From: Octopus bimaculoides
Taxonomy: Eukaryota
Assembly: GCF_001194135.2 (NCBI RefSeq)
Contig: NC_068987.1
Span: forward strand, 19,762,698 to 19,826,697
DNA: 64,000 nt
Direction: 5' to 3'
This document shows positions 12,783 to 25,469 of the stretch, piece by piece. The notes under the pieces were generated by a model that was not told the DNA's origin, searched no databases, and was given only the letters and a program-made list of their open reading frames with translations. Each line of letters opens with the position of its first letter. The first letter of the stretch is position 1. The position numbers and the translations under genes are program-made.

Positions 12783-13259
12783 TCACAGAGGAGTGGAGTG
12801 GTGATATGGAAAATAAATCTTCACTTAGTAATTAGCAAACAAAGCAGCTCCTGTTTATAAAATAATTTTAATCTGCTAGAGTAATTAATACTAATCATTA
12901 GAATGGTCATAACATAATATAGTGACCAAAATAATCTTCACCAATGACAACTGACATTACTTACCTTATCCTCTCACTCAACTTCTATCTGATGAGTCAG
13001 TGAGGGAACCTCTGCATGGTTATTCAACTTGCTAGAAATAGGCACTAAATCAGTCTTAAACCATACCCAGCTATCTTAAAAAAAGGGAAGGAGACATTGA
13101 ATTCAAACTAGTGTTGTCCTGGATATAATGTTCCTTAAAGTTAAGATGATCACAGCCTGAACATCCTTTCTTAAAGACAAAGCTCAATCAGAGCTGACCT
13201 GGGTCTATAACAAAACTCATGTCTGGTGAGATACTTATTTGAAAGAAAAGAAACTGATG

Positions 13260-13299
<40 letters not shown>

Positions 13300-13399
13300 N
13301 NNNNNNNNNNNNNNNNNNNNNNNNNNNNNNNNNNNNNNNNNNNNNNNNNNNNNNNNNNNNNNNNNNNNNNNGAGAGAGAGGGAGAGAGAGAGAGGGAGG

Positions 13400-13435
<36 letters not shown>

Positions 13436-14129
13436 AAGAGAGAGAGATTTGGCTGCTATTTCTGGCAGGTTGAGCAACCAGATACAGGCTTGTTCACTGG
13501 CTCTAAATGTTCTTGTCTAGGGTTCTTTAGCAGGCTCCCTTAACTGAAGGACTCTTCCCAACCAGTGCTGGAAAAAAGCTATGCATCCCTTCATGATTTT
13601 TCACTTCTCCTTAGTTATTGTCTGTTATCAGTAAAACACTAATAAAAGGCTCAAGTGCAGATACCTAATTATCTATCTGCATTATCATTAAAAATACATA
13701 TATTTTCTAAATTTTTATTCATGCTAATTGCTATATTGAGATTTTACATCATTCCTAATAAGAAAAATTCTGTGTGTTAGAAATAGCAGCCAAATCTCCC
13801 TAAAATTACATCCCATTGCCTTCAAAACAAGGGGACATTTAGATAATATAATCTCACATACTTACTAAGGGTGGTAGACTTCATCAGTTGCCCAGTTCAT
13901 CACCACCACCTTGCCTCAAGTGCCTTTAGCAGAATCCACTGTTATATTGCTGTATTTAAGGATCTAGAGGTTATTGATGCTCCTGTGTATAGCATTTGTG
14001 TAGACACAGCTTGGCTAAATGGTTAAGATGTTAGTTTTGCAACCATGAGGTTCCAGGTTTGATCTGACTGCATGGCTGCTTGGGCAAATATTTTCTATTG
14101 CCTCGGGTCAACCCACACCTTGTGAAACT

Positions 14130-15100
14130 GGGCCAGGTCTCAAGGTTGCAGATATTTTCCTTCTTCCATTCCTCCTGCCACTCTTGGAGGCCTTGTAAAT
14201 AGCCATGAGCACTGTACTTTTCTATTGACAAAAGGATAACAAAACGTGGTGAATCAGAGGAGTTGTTTAGAGTGTCCAACAGAATGGCAACAATATTTAT
14301 TCTGGCTGCCTGCACTAAGTTCAATTCCAACTGAGATCATTCTCAGTGATGAGGCCTAATATCTGTAGTAACCTCAAGGCTTCCTTCTAGTAGTAAGGTC
14401 TTTATGTTTGGGGAAGAAGGGACTGTGATTGGGTCTTGATGGTGTTCACGGAAACAAAATTAGTATGACCCAATCAAAAGAGGTTTTCAAGGTCTCTATA
14501 CATAAAGTCAGAGCAGGTTTGATGTGAAATGTCTTGGCTGCATAGAGATGATGCTTGGATGCCAAACAAATAAGGGAGGAATGAAGGATGGCTGTCATCT
14601 GTGTATGAGTGAGTGTTGTTGAAGGTGATGGCAAATAAGTCATTGATGCATGAGGTAAAGTATCATGGGATAAAATCAAAGCCTGGTACTCATGAGTTGA
14701 CAGAGAATGTGGAGGAAGCATTGATACAAAAAATTAGGAAGGAATAAAGGATGGTATCAGCTGTGTAAGAGTGAGCAATGTTGGTGAAGCGAAGTCAGAC
14801 AATAAGTGGAATTGTGTGGAGAATGAAAACAAACTCTGGAGTAACCAAAGTTGATTGAATGGGAATTAAAAAGAGAGTGACACCACCATATTCCACAATA
14901 GTATGACCTGAGAGGAAAGTACCAATTCAAATAACAAGAGATATACAGAGCCCACAGGTAGGTAGTTTGCCAGATTTGCATGCCAAGCAAATGTTTGGCT
15001 GATGTTGAGTGCAACAATATGATTGGCACAAAATTTCTTGAAGGTGACAGTGCACAAGTGAGTGATGTAAGAAGGTAAGATCCCAGTATATCTGGCTTTA
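14130..15100 (-). pseudogene. Decayed non-LTR retrotransposon reverse transcriptase (CR1/L2/Crack group)
   Basis: Manual translation gives ordered RT motifs across frameshifts: VALNISQTF (cf. VALDISKAF), FSVNS*VP-G (cf. SGVPQG), CINDLF..HSYTDDS (YADD box), VSVNTIKTQ (cf. FNASKTQ), LQILGL..NDLSW, MAIYK. Confidence 0.8.
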
Positions 15101-15289
15101 TAAAAACCAAACTGATTTTATTATTAAGGAAAATAGATTCAAAGAAATATGTTAATAGCTGTCTTTATCTTTGAGATGTAGGAAGTAACTGTGATAGCAT
15201 GATAGTTGGCAGGGTTCAAAAGGCTGTCCTTCTTGAGAATGGGACATACTGTAGCATGCCTCCAAAATTCAGGATTTGCCTAGATTACA

Positions 15290-15440
15290 GAAGTTTCATG
15301 GTGTATAAATTCCCCACCTGGATGGGTTGCTGGTCTGTTGCAGGAGTAATCACCTTTGCCAGCTGAGTGGACTGGAGCAACATGAAATGAAGTGTTTTGC
15401 TCAAGAACACAACATGTTGCCCAGTCCAGGAACAAAAAGC
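15290..15440 (-). mobile_element. SINE family D fragment
   Basis: CAGCTGAGTGGACTGGAGCAACATGAAATGAAGTGTTTTGCTCAAGAACAC shared with 58500-58560. Confidence 0.65.
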
Positions 15441-16230
15441 ATATGCTATTAAGGGTATAATTAGCATAAAACTGGTTAGCTTGTAGTGTTTTAAAAGGTG
15501 ACACTGCTCCACATTGAATTCATCACAGCATGCTACTGTCTGATATGGTCAATGGATGAGTAGGAATATGGTTTAACTAAGCCAAGAGACCTGTGGGTCA
15601 TACATAAGTATTCGGCTGTGCATGCCATATGTCAGCTCAATCAGAAATTAACTGTAGCAACATAACAATGAAAATAGGCTCTGCCAACAAGATTCCTCAG
15701 CATTCACAACAGCAGTAATAATCATGAAGAAGAAGCAGGAGGATTAACGAGCAATAAACTGATAATTAATAATCAACTAATTAAACACGAACAGAAAAAA
15801 CATTAGTTAAGGTGAAGATAATATATGTAATAATGAAAACAACAGGTTTGTGCAGGCACGTGTGTGTGTGTGTATGTAAGCGTGTGTATGTGAGTAACTA
15901 CTGCAAGTTGGTGCCTGTAATTTCTCAGTAGAATCAAACAACTTAATTAGTGATTTCCCAGTCCAACAAGAAATAAATTAAACAATTACTTAGGTCTCTA
16001 CTATGCAGAAGTAATGGTAGTAGTCAGTAAATCTAATTCATAACAAACTCATTCATGTTGTGATAAATTAACTTATTTTCTAATCAGTGTCCAACAGACT
16101 CTTCAGATATAACATTGATTTTTTCAGAACTTTTGGTTCAAAAACCTTTCTGAATCACTGATTTTTATGAGCCAGAAGTGGTCACACCTCTAAACTAAAG
16201 ACATTAAATATTACTTAAATAAATAAATGG

Positions 16231-16393
16231 GGCAGGCATGGCTGAGTGGTAAGAAGCTTGCTTCTCAACCACATGGCTCCAGGTTCAGTCCTACTGCATG
16301 GCACCCTATGTAAGTGTCTTTGGCCTTGGGCTGACCAAAGCTTTGTGAGTGGATTTGGTAGATGGAAACGGAAAGAAGCCCATTGTGTGTGTA

Positions 16394-16445
<52 letters not shown>

Positions 16446-16466
16446 TATATATATATATATACACAC

Positions 16467-16499
<33 letters not shown>

Positions 16500-17008
16500 T
16501 ATATATATATATATACACACATATATATATATATATACACACACATATATATATATATATACACACATATATATATATANNNNNNNNNNNNNNNNNNNNN
16601 NNNNNNNNNNNNNNNNNNNNNNNNNNNNNNNNNNNNNNNNNNNNNNNNNNNNNNNNNNNNNNNNNNNNNNNNNNNNNNNNNNNNNNNNNNNNNNNNNNNN
16701 NNNNNNNNNNNNNNNNNNNNNNNNNNNNNNNNNNNNNNNNNNNNNNNNNNNNNNNNNNNNNNNNNNNNNNNNNNNNNNNNNNNNNNNNNNNNNNNNNNNN
16801 NNNNNNNNNNNNNNNNNNNNNNNNNNNNNNNNNNNNNNNNNNNNNNNNNNNNNNNNNNNNNNNNNNNNNNNNNNNNNNNNNNNNNNNNNNNNNNNNNNNN
16901 NNNNNNNNNNNNNNNNNNNNNNNNNNNATATATATACACACATATATATATATATATACACACATATATATATATATATACACACATATATATATATATA
17001 TATACACA

Positions 17009-17090
<82 letters not shown>

Positions 17091-17310
17091 TTTGTGTGTT
17101 TTTGTGTCTGTGCTTTCCCCACCACCACCACTTGACAACCGATGTTAGTTTGTTTACATCCCCATAACTTAGCAGTTCAGCAAAAGAGACTGATAGAATA
17201 AGTACTAGGCTTACAAAGAAGTCCTGGGGTATTTTGCTTTGACTAAAAACCTTTTTAAGGCAGTGCTCCAGCATGGCTATAATCAAAATGACTGAAACAG
17301 GTAAAAGAAT
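16231..17310 (+). mobile_element. SINE family A with a greatly expanded internal (TA)n(CA)n tract spanning a gap
   Basis: Head at 16231, tail at ~17290, N-run 16580-16927 inside. Confidence 0.85.
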
Positions 17311-18189
17311 AAATACATGTACCTGTACATTAGTATAACTAATACAAGTTTATTTTGTAATGTACTGTACAAGGTATCAGAAGACTAGTCTAGCGACCAT
17401 GTGAATCTGCTCATAAATTGGTGTGGATATTAAGAGGTTCTGGACCATCAGTGTAACAGAAAGCTGGTGTTGTATATTTATACTTTCTTTCATATTGTTA
17501 TTGTTTAACCTCAGAATTTGAACTCGCAACATAAAATTGGACGAAATGCCACCAAGCATTTTGTCAGGTATGCTAACAATTCTGCTGGCTCACCATCTCA
17601 AACCAAGCTATAAATATTAGCTCATAATACATACTGAGCAAAACACACCCCCTTAAATGGAAAAAAAAATTAGATCCACTGCTTTTCTATTTGAAGTATA
17701 TTTAGCCAACATATGAGCTAATATCTATATCTTTACTTGTACTTGAGCAGCTCTTTCTGATACGTAATTTTAATTTTCAAAGCTTCAAATGAACCGAAAC
17801 AAATTTTATACACACACACACACACACAAGTACAGCTTCCCAACCATGTGGCTTTGATTTCAACCTGAGTGAATCTGGTGGACAAAAATTGAAAGAACAG
17901 TTGGGGGGGGGGTGCACACATGCATGCATGTGAGATGGCATTATTGTTTCTCATATCAAAAATATCATGCAGGCACTTAGTGCCTTCAAAGTCATGAGGA
18001 AATAAGTGATCCTTTAAGAGTAATCAAGAGGAGTATCAGTCTGTAAAACAAAGCCTCAGATTACATTAATCCAAGCACGCAAGGAAAAACAAACAAAAAA
18101 GAAAAAAAATGAATGAAGTATGTATGTTTAGTAGAAAGTGGGTTATACATCTTTAGATTGTATACCTGACTTTCTACTATAAAATTGAA

Positions 18190-18480
18190 GAAATTGACGG
18201 AACGCTGAACTCCAGACTAAACAACTTAAACAACATTTATTTACTTGGTAAAACATATATATCTTTAGTTATACATCTTTAGAGGTGAGAATAACTAGCT
18301 GTCGAGTATAAGACCGAAAGATGTAGAGACAGCTTTAAACACACGTCCATGCTCAATCGCTGGCCAGCGTGAAAGAGAATGAATTGAGCGGGAAACGCTT
18401 GCTTTATTAATTCTACGCATGCGCAGGCGTTACTACATATGTATGTATGTATGTATGTATAAAACGCATTGAAATATTTG
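18190..18480. promoter_or_regulatory. Candidate CpG-enriched promoter-like segment
   Basis: About a dozen CpGs in a CpG-poor background. E2F-like GCGGGAAA at 18388-18395. NRF1-like ACGCATGCGCA at 18415-18425. No match to other repeats in the window. Confidence 0.3.
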
Positions 18481-19024
18481 AATCCTCTCGCTATGATTCC
18501 AACAGCAGGCAGTAAAAAAAGAGCAGGCTTGAAAGTGTTACTGCCAGATAATCCAAAGAGCCAGTCTTCAGTGATGCATTAGTGCTAAGAATAACGAATG
18601 GAACTATTGTAACCATCTGAAGATGTGCTGTAACCACCCAAAACATTAAGTTCTGCTCACCCATAACTAATCATAGGATGACGAGATAATCCAACCTCTG
18701 TACAACTGTCTGATCTGTTAGACATGGCAGCCAAATTTTCTGAAATGAAACCTTACTGCCTCAAAAAAAGAAGAAAAAAAAGGGCCACATTGGGATTGAA
18801 TGTCCATGGCTGAAATATCGGACTTCCATCAACAATCACTACGGTGGAGATGGAGTATATGTAATCTGGGTATACCCCCACTTTAAAATTTTTTTTTTTT
18901 TTTTTTACAGAATCCTATGTTTCAGACCATGGAGAATCCGATTCTGGAAAAAAATTTTCAAAAATCTCAATTTCAAAATTTCGATCCCCCCCACCCCCCA
19001 GTTTTTATATAGATCCACAGGGTA

Positions 19025-19068
19025 AACCTAACCCTAACTCAAACCCTAACCCTAACCCTGACCCTAAC
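19025..19068. repeat. Degenerate interstitial telomere-like (TAACCC)n tract next to a gap
   Basis: AACCTAACCCTAACTCAAACCCTAACCCTAACCCTGACCCTAAC. Confidence 0.75.
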
Positions 19069-19853
19069 ACTAGNNNNNNNNNNNNNNNNNNNNNNNNNNN
19101 NNNNNNNNNNNNNNNNNNNNNNNNNNNNNNNNNNNNNNNNNNNNNNNNNNNNNNNNNNNNNNNNNNNNNNNNNNNNNNNNNNNNNNNNNNNNNNNNNNNN
19201 NNNNNNNNNNNNNNNNNNNNNNNNNNNNNNNNNNNNNNNNNNNNNNNNNNNNNNNNNNNNNNNNNNNNNNNNNNNNNNNNNNNNNNNNNNNNNNNNNNNN
19301 NNNNNNNNNNNNNNNNNNNNNNNNNNNNNNNNNNNNNNNNNNNNNNNNNNNNNNNNNNNNNNNNNNNNNNNNNNNNNNNNNNNNNNNNNNNNNNNNNNNN
19401 NNNNNNNNNNNNNNNNNNNNNNNNNNNNNNNNNNNNNNNNNNNNNNNNNNNNNNNNNNNNNNNNNNNNNNNNNNNNNNNNNNNNNNNNNNNNNNNNNNNN
19501 NNNNNNNNNNNNNNNNNNNNNNNNNNNNNNNNNNNNNNNNNNNNNNNNNNNNNNNNNNNNNNNNNNNNNNNNNNNNNNNNNNNNNNNNNNNNNNNNNNNN
19601 NNNNNNNNNNNNNNNNNNNNNNNNNNNNNNNNNNNNNNNNNNNNNNNNNNNNNNNNNNNNNNNNNNNNNNNNNNNNNNNNNNNNNNNNNNNNNNNNNNNN
19701 NNNNNNNNNNNNNNNNNNNNNNNNNNNNNNNNNNNNNNNNNNNNNNNNNNNNNNNNNNNNNNNNNNNNNNNNNNNNNNNNNNNNNNNNNNNNNNNNNNNN
19801 NNNNNNNNNNNNNNNNNNNNNNNNNNNNNNNNNNNNNNNNNNGAGAGAGAGAA

Positions 19854-19918
<65 letters not shown>

Positions 19919-20749
19919 ATAATCTAAATTATCTGATTTTATAAATTACAGTTTGTGTGTGAATATCTGCATGTACAAGTGCATGCATATATAGATATAT
20001 GGAAGCACATACTAATGTAATCATACGTAGTGACACTCAAAGTTGACAAAATAGCCTATCAAATATGAAAAGACAACAGAACATCGCCATTAACTCTAAT
20101 TAAGCAGTAGTAGTAACAGCAGCAGCAGTCTATATGTGGTTACCATGGTGACTGGCAACAACAATTGATTGATCTCTAAATACAAAATATTAAGACTAGC
20201 ATTGATTTCCTCATCCCGCTCCTCTACATAACGTAACTGATCGTTACTCGTTACAGTGGGCAGACTTCTTTCTACGTAATACGATTGTTGCATCAGACAG
20301 TGCTGTCAGAAGCCCAGCTTGTATTGAGTGAATGAATACATGTTTGCAGATTGGTACAAGCCACGTAAGGGACCTTGAATAATGCTTGATCGACCCTGTT
20401 AGAAATAGCAACTTCAAATCTCCTTCAAATTACACGCTACCACATCTTTAAAAAGGAAGGAAAACACTGGATAATGTTGTAGTATATTGCCACTTAAGTG
20501 TGGCTAATGTTGTCCTCGATACACTATGATTAAATAAATAGGTGGACTGGTCACAGCTGAAATAAGGCTTTGGGAAGGTCACAAATGGAAGGGGACTTAA
20601 AAAAAGTTAAAAAACAACAATAAATAAATGAGTACTTGAATCAATGAGTTGAAATGTGTTGAGCAGACAACTTAGTAGAAATAGCAGCTGAATATCCTTC
20701 AAATTTGAAAAAGAAAGGCTACGTTAAATAATGTAGTCCTAGATATACT

Positions 20750-21135
20750 GTTGTTGTTGGCACTCCGTAGCTTACGACGTCGAGGGTTCCAGTTGATCCG
20801 ATCAACGGAACAGCCTGCTCGTGAAATTAACATGCAAGTGGCTGAGCACTCCATAGACATGTGTACTCTTAACGTAGTTCTCGGGGATATTCAGCGTGAC
20901 ACAGTGTGACAAGGCTGACCCTTTGAATTACAGGCACAACAGAAACAGGAAGTAAGAGTGAGAGAAAGTTGTGGTGAAAGAGTACAGCAGGGTTCGCCAC
21001 CATCCCCTGCCGGAGCCTCATGGAGCTTTAGGTGTTTTCGCTCAATAAACACTCACAACATCCGGTCTGGGAATCGAAACCGCGTTCCTATGACCGCGAC
21101 TCCGCTGCCCTAACCGCTGGGCCATTGCGCCTCCA
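20750..21135 (-). mobile_element. Full-length SINE family C (tRNA head TGGAGGCGCAATGGCCCAG, (AAC)n tail) with 12-bp TSD
   Basis: TSD CCTAGATATACT at 20738-20749 and 21137-21148. A/B-box-like head. Confidence 0.9.
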
Positions 21136-22259
21136 CCCTAGATATACTATGGCTGAATAAATAAACAGAGGTCACAGATGGAATGACTGCTCTGTGGTTA
21201 AACAACAACTGAATATTGAAGGAAGCCTCCACATACTTATTGAACCATGCTAAAAATAAATCAAATTTCCCTCAAATCTCACACCCTTCAAATACACACA
21301 CTAGTGTGTATTTGATCATAGGGCTTTTTGAATAGAGCTGACCTGGGCGTAAATAACAAGATGGACAAGACAGAGTTTGAACTAGCAATAAAAAGTAGAA
21401 AGACTTTGGTAGACGTTTGTTCCCAGAGGCTTTATATAGTAAACAAGTGACTTTATCATATCTTGTATGAAGAGTATAATTACTTTATCAGGCTATGAGA
21501 TTAATAAACAAAATAAATAATAAATGTAGAAATAATGTGTGAACAGGGTCATAAGTGACTCAATGAAGGGCAGGCAACATCAAAGGTCTGTATTTGAACA
21601 CTAGACAGATAAAAGATTGGGGCTCTTGTCAGCGTTTTTCATCAACAGAATTTAAGATACAAATAAAGCTAACTCTAACACTCGCCTTCTCTTGCATTCA
21701 TTCTGTTACATAACTTATTCTTCTGACATTGGCAGATGGCCTTAAACTCCTGAAGGCATCCACACAGAGTCATGTGTATATATACACATACAAACATGTA
21801 TATACACATGAATGCAAACACAAGCACTTGGACAGATACGTATGAATGCAGACAAGATGTGTGTATGCATACACAGATGAACAGATGAGCACCCATGCAA
21901 ACAAACATGTATAAACACACGCATACACAATTATGCATTATGCAAACGCATACTGGTGTAAACATACACTAAAATCAAGATCAGAGAGCAAATTTACCTA
22001 TCTATTTAGCCCTTCCCCCGAAAGATTTGATCAAACAGATAAGAGACTACTAAGATACGAAGGCAGTGAGTATATTAACAGATAAATATCTATGATATAT
22101 ATCTATTTATTGTCAGTTCAAACTGAAAGTGTTTCTGTGCAAGAGACAACATTACAGCACTTAAAAGTATAAAGTCTAGATTAATTCAGAATATCACACT
22201 ATGATGACGGACTTTATTAGTTAATGTAACATGCAAGGGTTTAAAAGTCCTTTGGTCCA

Positions 22260-22412
22260 GTTGTGGGTGTCTGGTTAAAAGTTTGCTTTGCAACCATGTG
22301 ATTTTGGTTCAGCCCCACTGTACACCACCCTGGACAATGTCTTTTATAGCCCTGAGCCAACAAATGCCTACTGAGTAAAGTTAGTGGATGGAAACTTTAT
22401 AGGAACTGTGTG

Positions 22413-22444
<32 letters not shown>

Positions 22445-22650
22445 TGTGTGTGTGTGTACAACAAGACTCATCACTTAACCAATGTGGGTTTGTGTGTCTG
22501 TAACTAAGCAGTTTGGCCAAAAAAAAAAGCTCAATAGAATAAGTACCGGACCTAAAACATAAGTACTGGTATCAAATTGGTCAACTACACTCTTCAGGCA
22601 GTGCTCCAGCATGATAGCAGCCGATGATTGAAACAAATGAATAAAATGAT
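22260..22650 (+). mobile_element. Diverged SINE family A copy
   Basis: Decayed CORE-like block and ATAGAATAAGTACC tail block. Confidence 0.6.
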
Positions 22651-23035
22651 AAAATACAACCTTAAAGATATTTAAGTAATTGCTTAGCCCTAAGTCAGCT
22701 TTGAAAGAACAGAACTAAGATCAAAGGTGAGTGCCAGTCTTGACCATCCCAACTTATGTTCAATGCGCCCTAACTTTTTACAGGCAGTAAAGTGTGATTT
22801 CATTGATATTTCATGCAAGTTGAGCAACCACAGAAAGACACTTCCTTTTGTTCAATTCTATTTTAGTTTAATCAATGGTATTATTATAAGGAAAAAATAA
22901 AATCTAACTTGTATCATCAGGATAATATTTCTATTGTAATAATGTTCAACTTGTTTGTTCCTCCTCGAGCCATGCCTGGCTCATAAGGGCCAGTTTCCCG
23001 GTTTCAATGGCGTATAGGTTCTCCACCTGGACAGG

Positions 23036-24373
23036 TCTTGTTTCAACCATGGCTGCCTCTACGTAATTAATTGTGTTGTTGCTTACTTTGTAAAACAGTA
23101 AGGGGAGAGGGTTGCTCGCACATCACCTTCTACCCACACTTTTCCCATCCACATCTTTATCATATGGGGCCCTAACAAAATACGATAATAGGTGTAATAC
23201 TTCGACCGTGCGAACCAAAGGAGATGGCGACGTGGACGATAAAGGCTCCTTTTTTACCACGTCGCACGGTCGAACACAAAAACAAGATTATATATGATAG
23301 AAGGCTCATCGTGGGAGATACGAGAACCAAGTGCCAGAAGGAATTAGAGAGTGACAGACACAACCGTTATGATATATAATGAGAGTGAGTTTATTAACAA
23401 AGTGAAACTGTTTGTCTGTGTGCGCGTGCATGCAACATATAAATTTAACACAGTAGATAAATCAGGCCTTTGTGTACAATAGAAGGTATACAACAAATGT
23501 TAAGTGACGGACAGTCGTATAAGCAATAGTGTGTGTACAATATGTGAGAGTACAAGTGTGCGTGTGAATGAGAGGAAACACAGAACATAGAAAGAGTGTC
23601 TGTAACATAGACTGTAAAAAGTCTTAAAACACTGAGATAGAGAAATACCAGTTCGTATTAAAGTTACACAAGGAGATAGAATGTTCATACGCAGGAAGTT
23701 GTGGTCAAGGAGCAGAGCTGTAGTATCACACAATGTGTGTTGAGCGTCAAATGCTGCGATCTGTGTTACCTGGTATAGTATATACTGGCTGGTTAGTTCT
23801 GACTGTTGTTCGTGAGTGGAAACAATCCACTCAACAGCGTCGATAAAACCTGGTTTGTTGATATTGGTGTGTCCCTGGTGGTGGGGTTGCTGGCGCACGA
23901 CATTGTGGTACACAGTACATTGGTGGTGAAGACGTCGGCGCTGGAACTGGCTGTAGCTGTGTTCTGTAAAACTATCACGTGACTTATCCTAAGGCCACGA
24001 TTGGACGTAATGCCCCCTTCGCAAGCAGAACATGGGGGCAATTGCCGCGCAAAATAAGAACCAATCAGGATGATGGACAGAAATGTCCAAGGTAGCCGAA
24101 GGCTAGATATTAGCAGCTTCGTTATCATTTATGATTGAATGCCCGAGAGAGAGGTTTCACTACATAGGTATAGATGCAAATTTATCTAACTACTTGTCTC
24201 CTAAAATCAGGCATAACTTGGCGATCGGTCAACTTAAAACACTGTTCTTTGTCTTGAGTTTACTTGGTAGAGTGTGTTTTACCAATAGATCGGTTTTTAA
24301 CACATTCATGACTGTTATGTTGGCCTTTGCGTCTAGGCATAATCTGAGAGCTGAACAGATCTGCTCCATTGCC
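23036..24373. mobile_element. Unclassified CpG-rich insert, probably a retroelement UTR/LTR-like segment
   Basis: Abruptly interrupts a SINE 3' fragment (22952-23035). Higher GC and CpG than the flanks. Minus strand carries CCAAT, CACGTG and AATAAA motifs. No recognisable protein motif in the ORFs. Confidence 0.4.
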
Positions 24374-24673
24374 TGCATGGAAGATTGCAAATGAATTACA
24401 CCATTTGAACCATGGCATCTGTTTAGAATTATTAACATGATATCAAGAAAAGGAGACCCCAAACTCACACACACACGCGCACATACACATGTTTACGTGC
24501 ACATGTGTTTACCTGCACGTGTGTGTATGTGTGCGTGTGTGTGTATGTGTGCATGTGCGTGTATGTGCGCGTGTGTGTGTGAGTTTGGGGTCTCCTTTTC
24601 TTGATATCATGTTAATAATTCTAAACAGATGCCATGGTTCAAATGGTGTAATTCATTTGCAATCTTCCATGCA
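24374..24673. repeat. Perfect 115-bp inverted repeat (arms 24374-24488 and 24559-24673) around a 70-bp TG-rich spacer
   Basis: Base-by-base reverse complement. Confidence 0.9.
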
Positions 24674-25101
24674 AACATATCCAGCTATTGTACTATTAAT
24701 GTTGGAAGTACAAAGGTAAATATTAGATTGCTTGGAAAACAGTGTAGGTCAGTGATAGCAGGAACATCCAGGTTCAGTCGCTGAAAACATACTTCAATAA
24801 ATTTCATCTAATTCATGCAAGCAAGGAAGAGTGGATATAAAAACAACAATATCATCATTGTCATTTTAACACTCATTTTTCCACACTTGCATAAGCTGGA
24901 CAGAATTCTTTGACACAGATTTTCTTTGACCAGCGAACCCTCATCTATCACCAACATTCACCCGTTTCTAAGTAAAGTAATATTTTCCCTATGGACAGAC
25001 ATGTTCACACAGAATACTGGAAATGAACGACACTGCTGGTATGACAGTGACACTCATTTACGATTGTCACACACACACACACACCTACATACATAGATAT
25101 A

Positions 25102-25319
25102 CAGTATCTCCTCACCATGTCACAGTTCATCTATCACGGGTTATTATCTAAGCTTACGTCGATTCCTATGTGGTGGTGTTTTGCACTTATAATAAAATAA
25201 ATATATATAAATTATAAAAAAAAAAAAAATTCAGTACAGTACTATTTCTACTTCATGGATTTTCACCTATCGTGGTGGGGTTTTGGAATGTAACACCCGC
25301 AATAGTCGAGGGATTACTG
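25102..25319. mobile_element. Tigger/pogo-like MITE
   Basis: TA-CAGTATCTCCTCA ... CGAGGGATTACTG-TA, an imperfect TIR with TA TSD. Confidence 0.55.
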
Positions 25320-25469
25320 TATACAACAAGCTTCTTTCAGTTTCCATCTACCAAATCCACTAAACCATAATAATTAGTTGGACAAACTATATTTTGCTGA
25401 ATTAACAATTATGGATTAAATGTTTATATTACACACACACACACACCTATTAAGTAAGAATCCTTATTC

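Noticed and set aside
20096-20330. 65-aa minus ORF in a mildly CpG-rich patch
   Set aside because: It ends in a trinucleotide repeat and has no homology cue or clean splice pair.
21060-21135. tRNA gene (also 36234-36310 and other SINE heads)
   Set aside because: These are tRNA-derived SINE heads continuous with SINE bodies and lacking a full cloverleaf.
21675-21770. Possible minus-strand exon EFKAICQCQKN..
   Set aside because: The acceptor is embedded in microsatellite-like DNA and there is no good donor.
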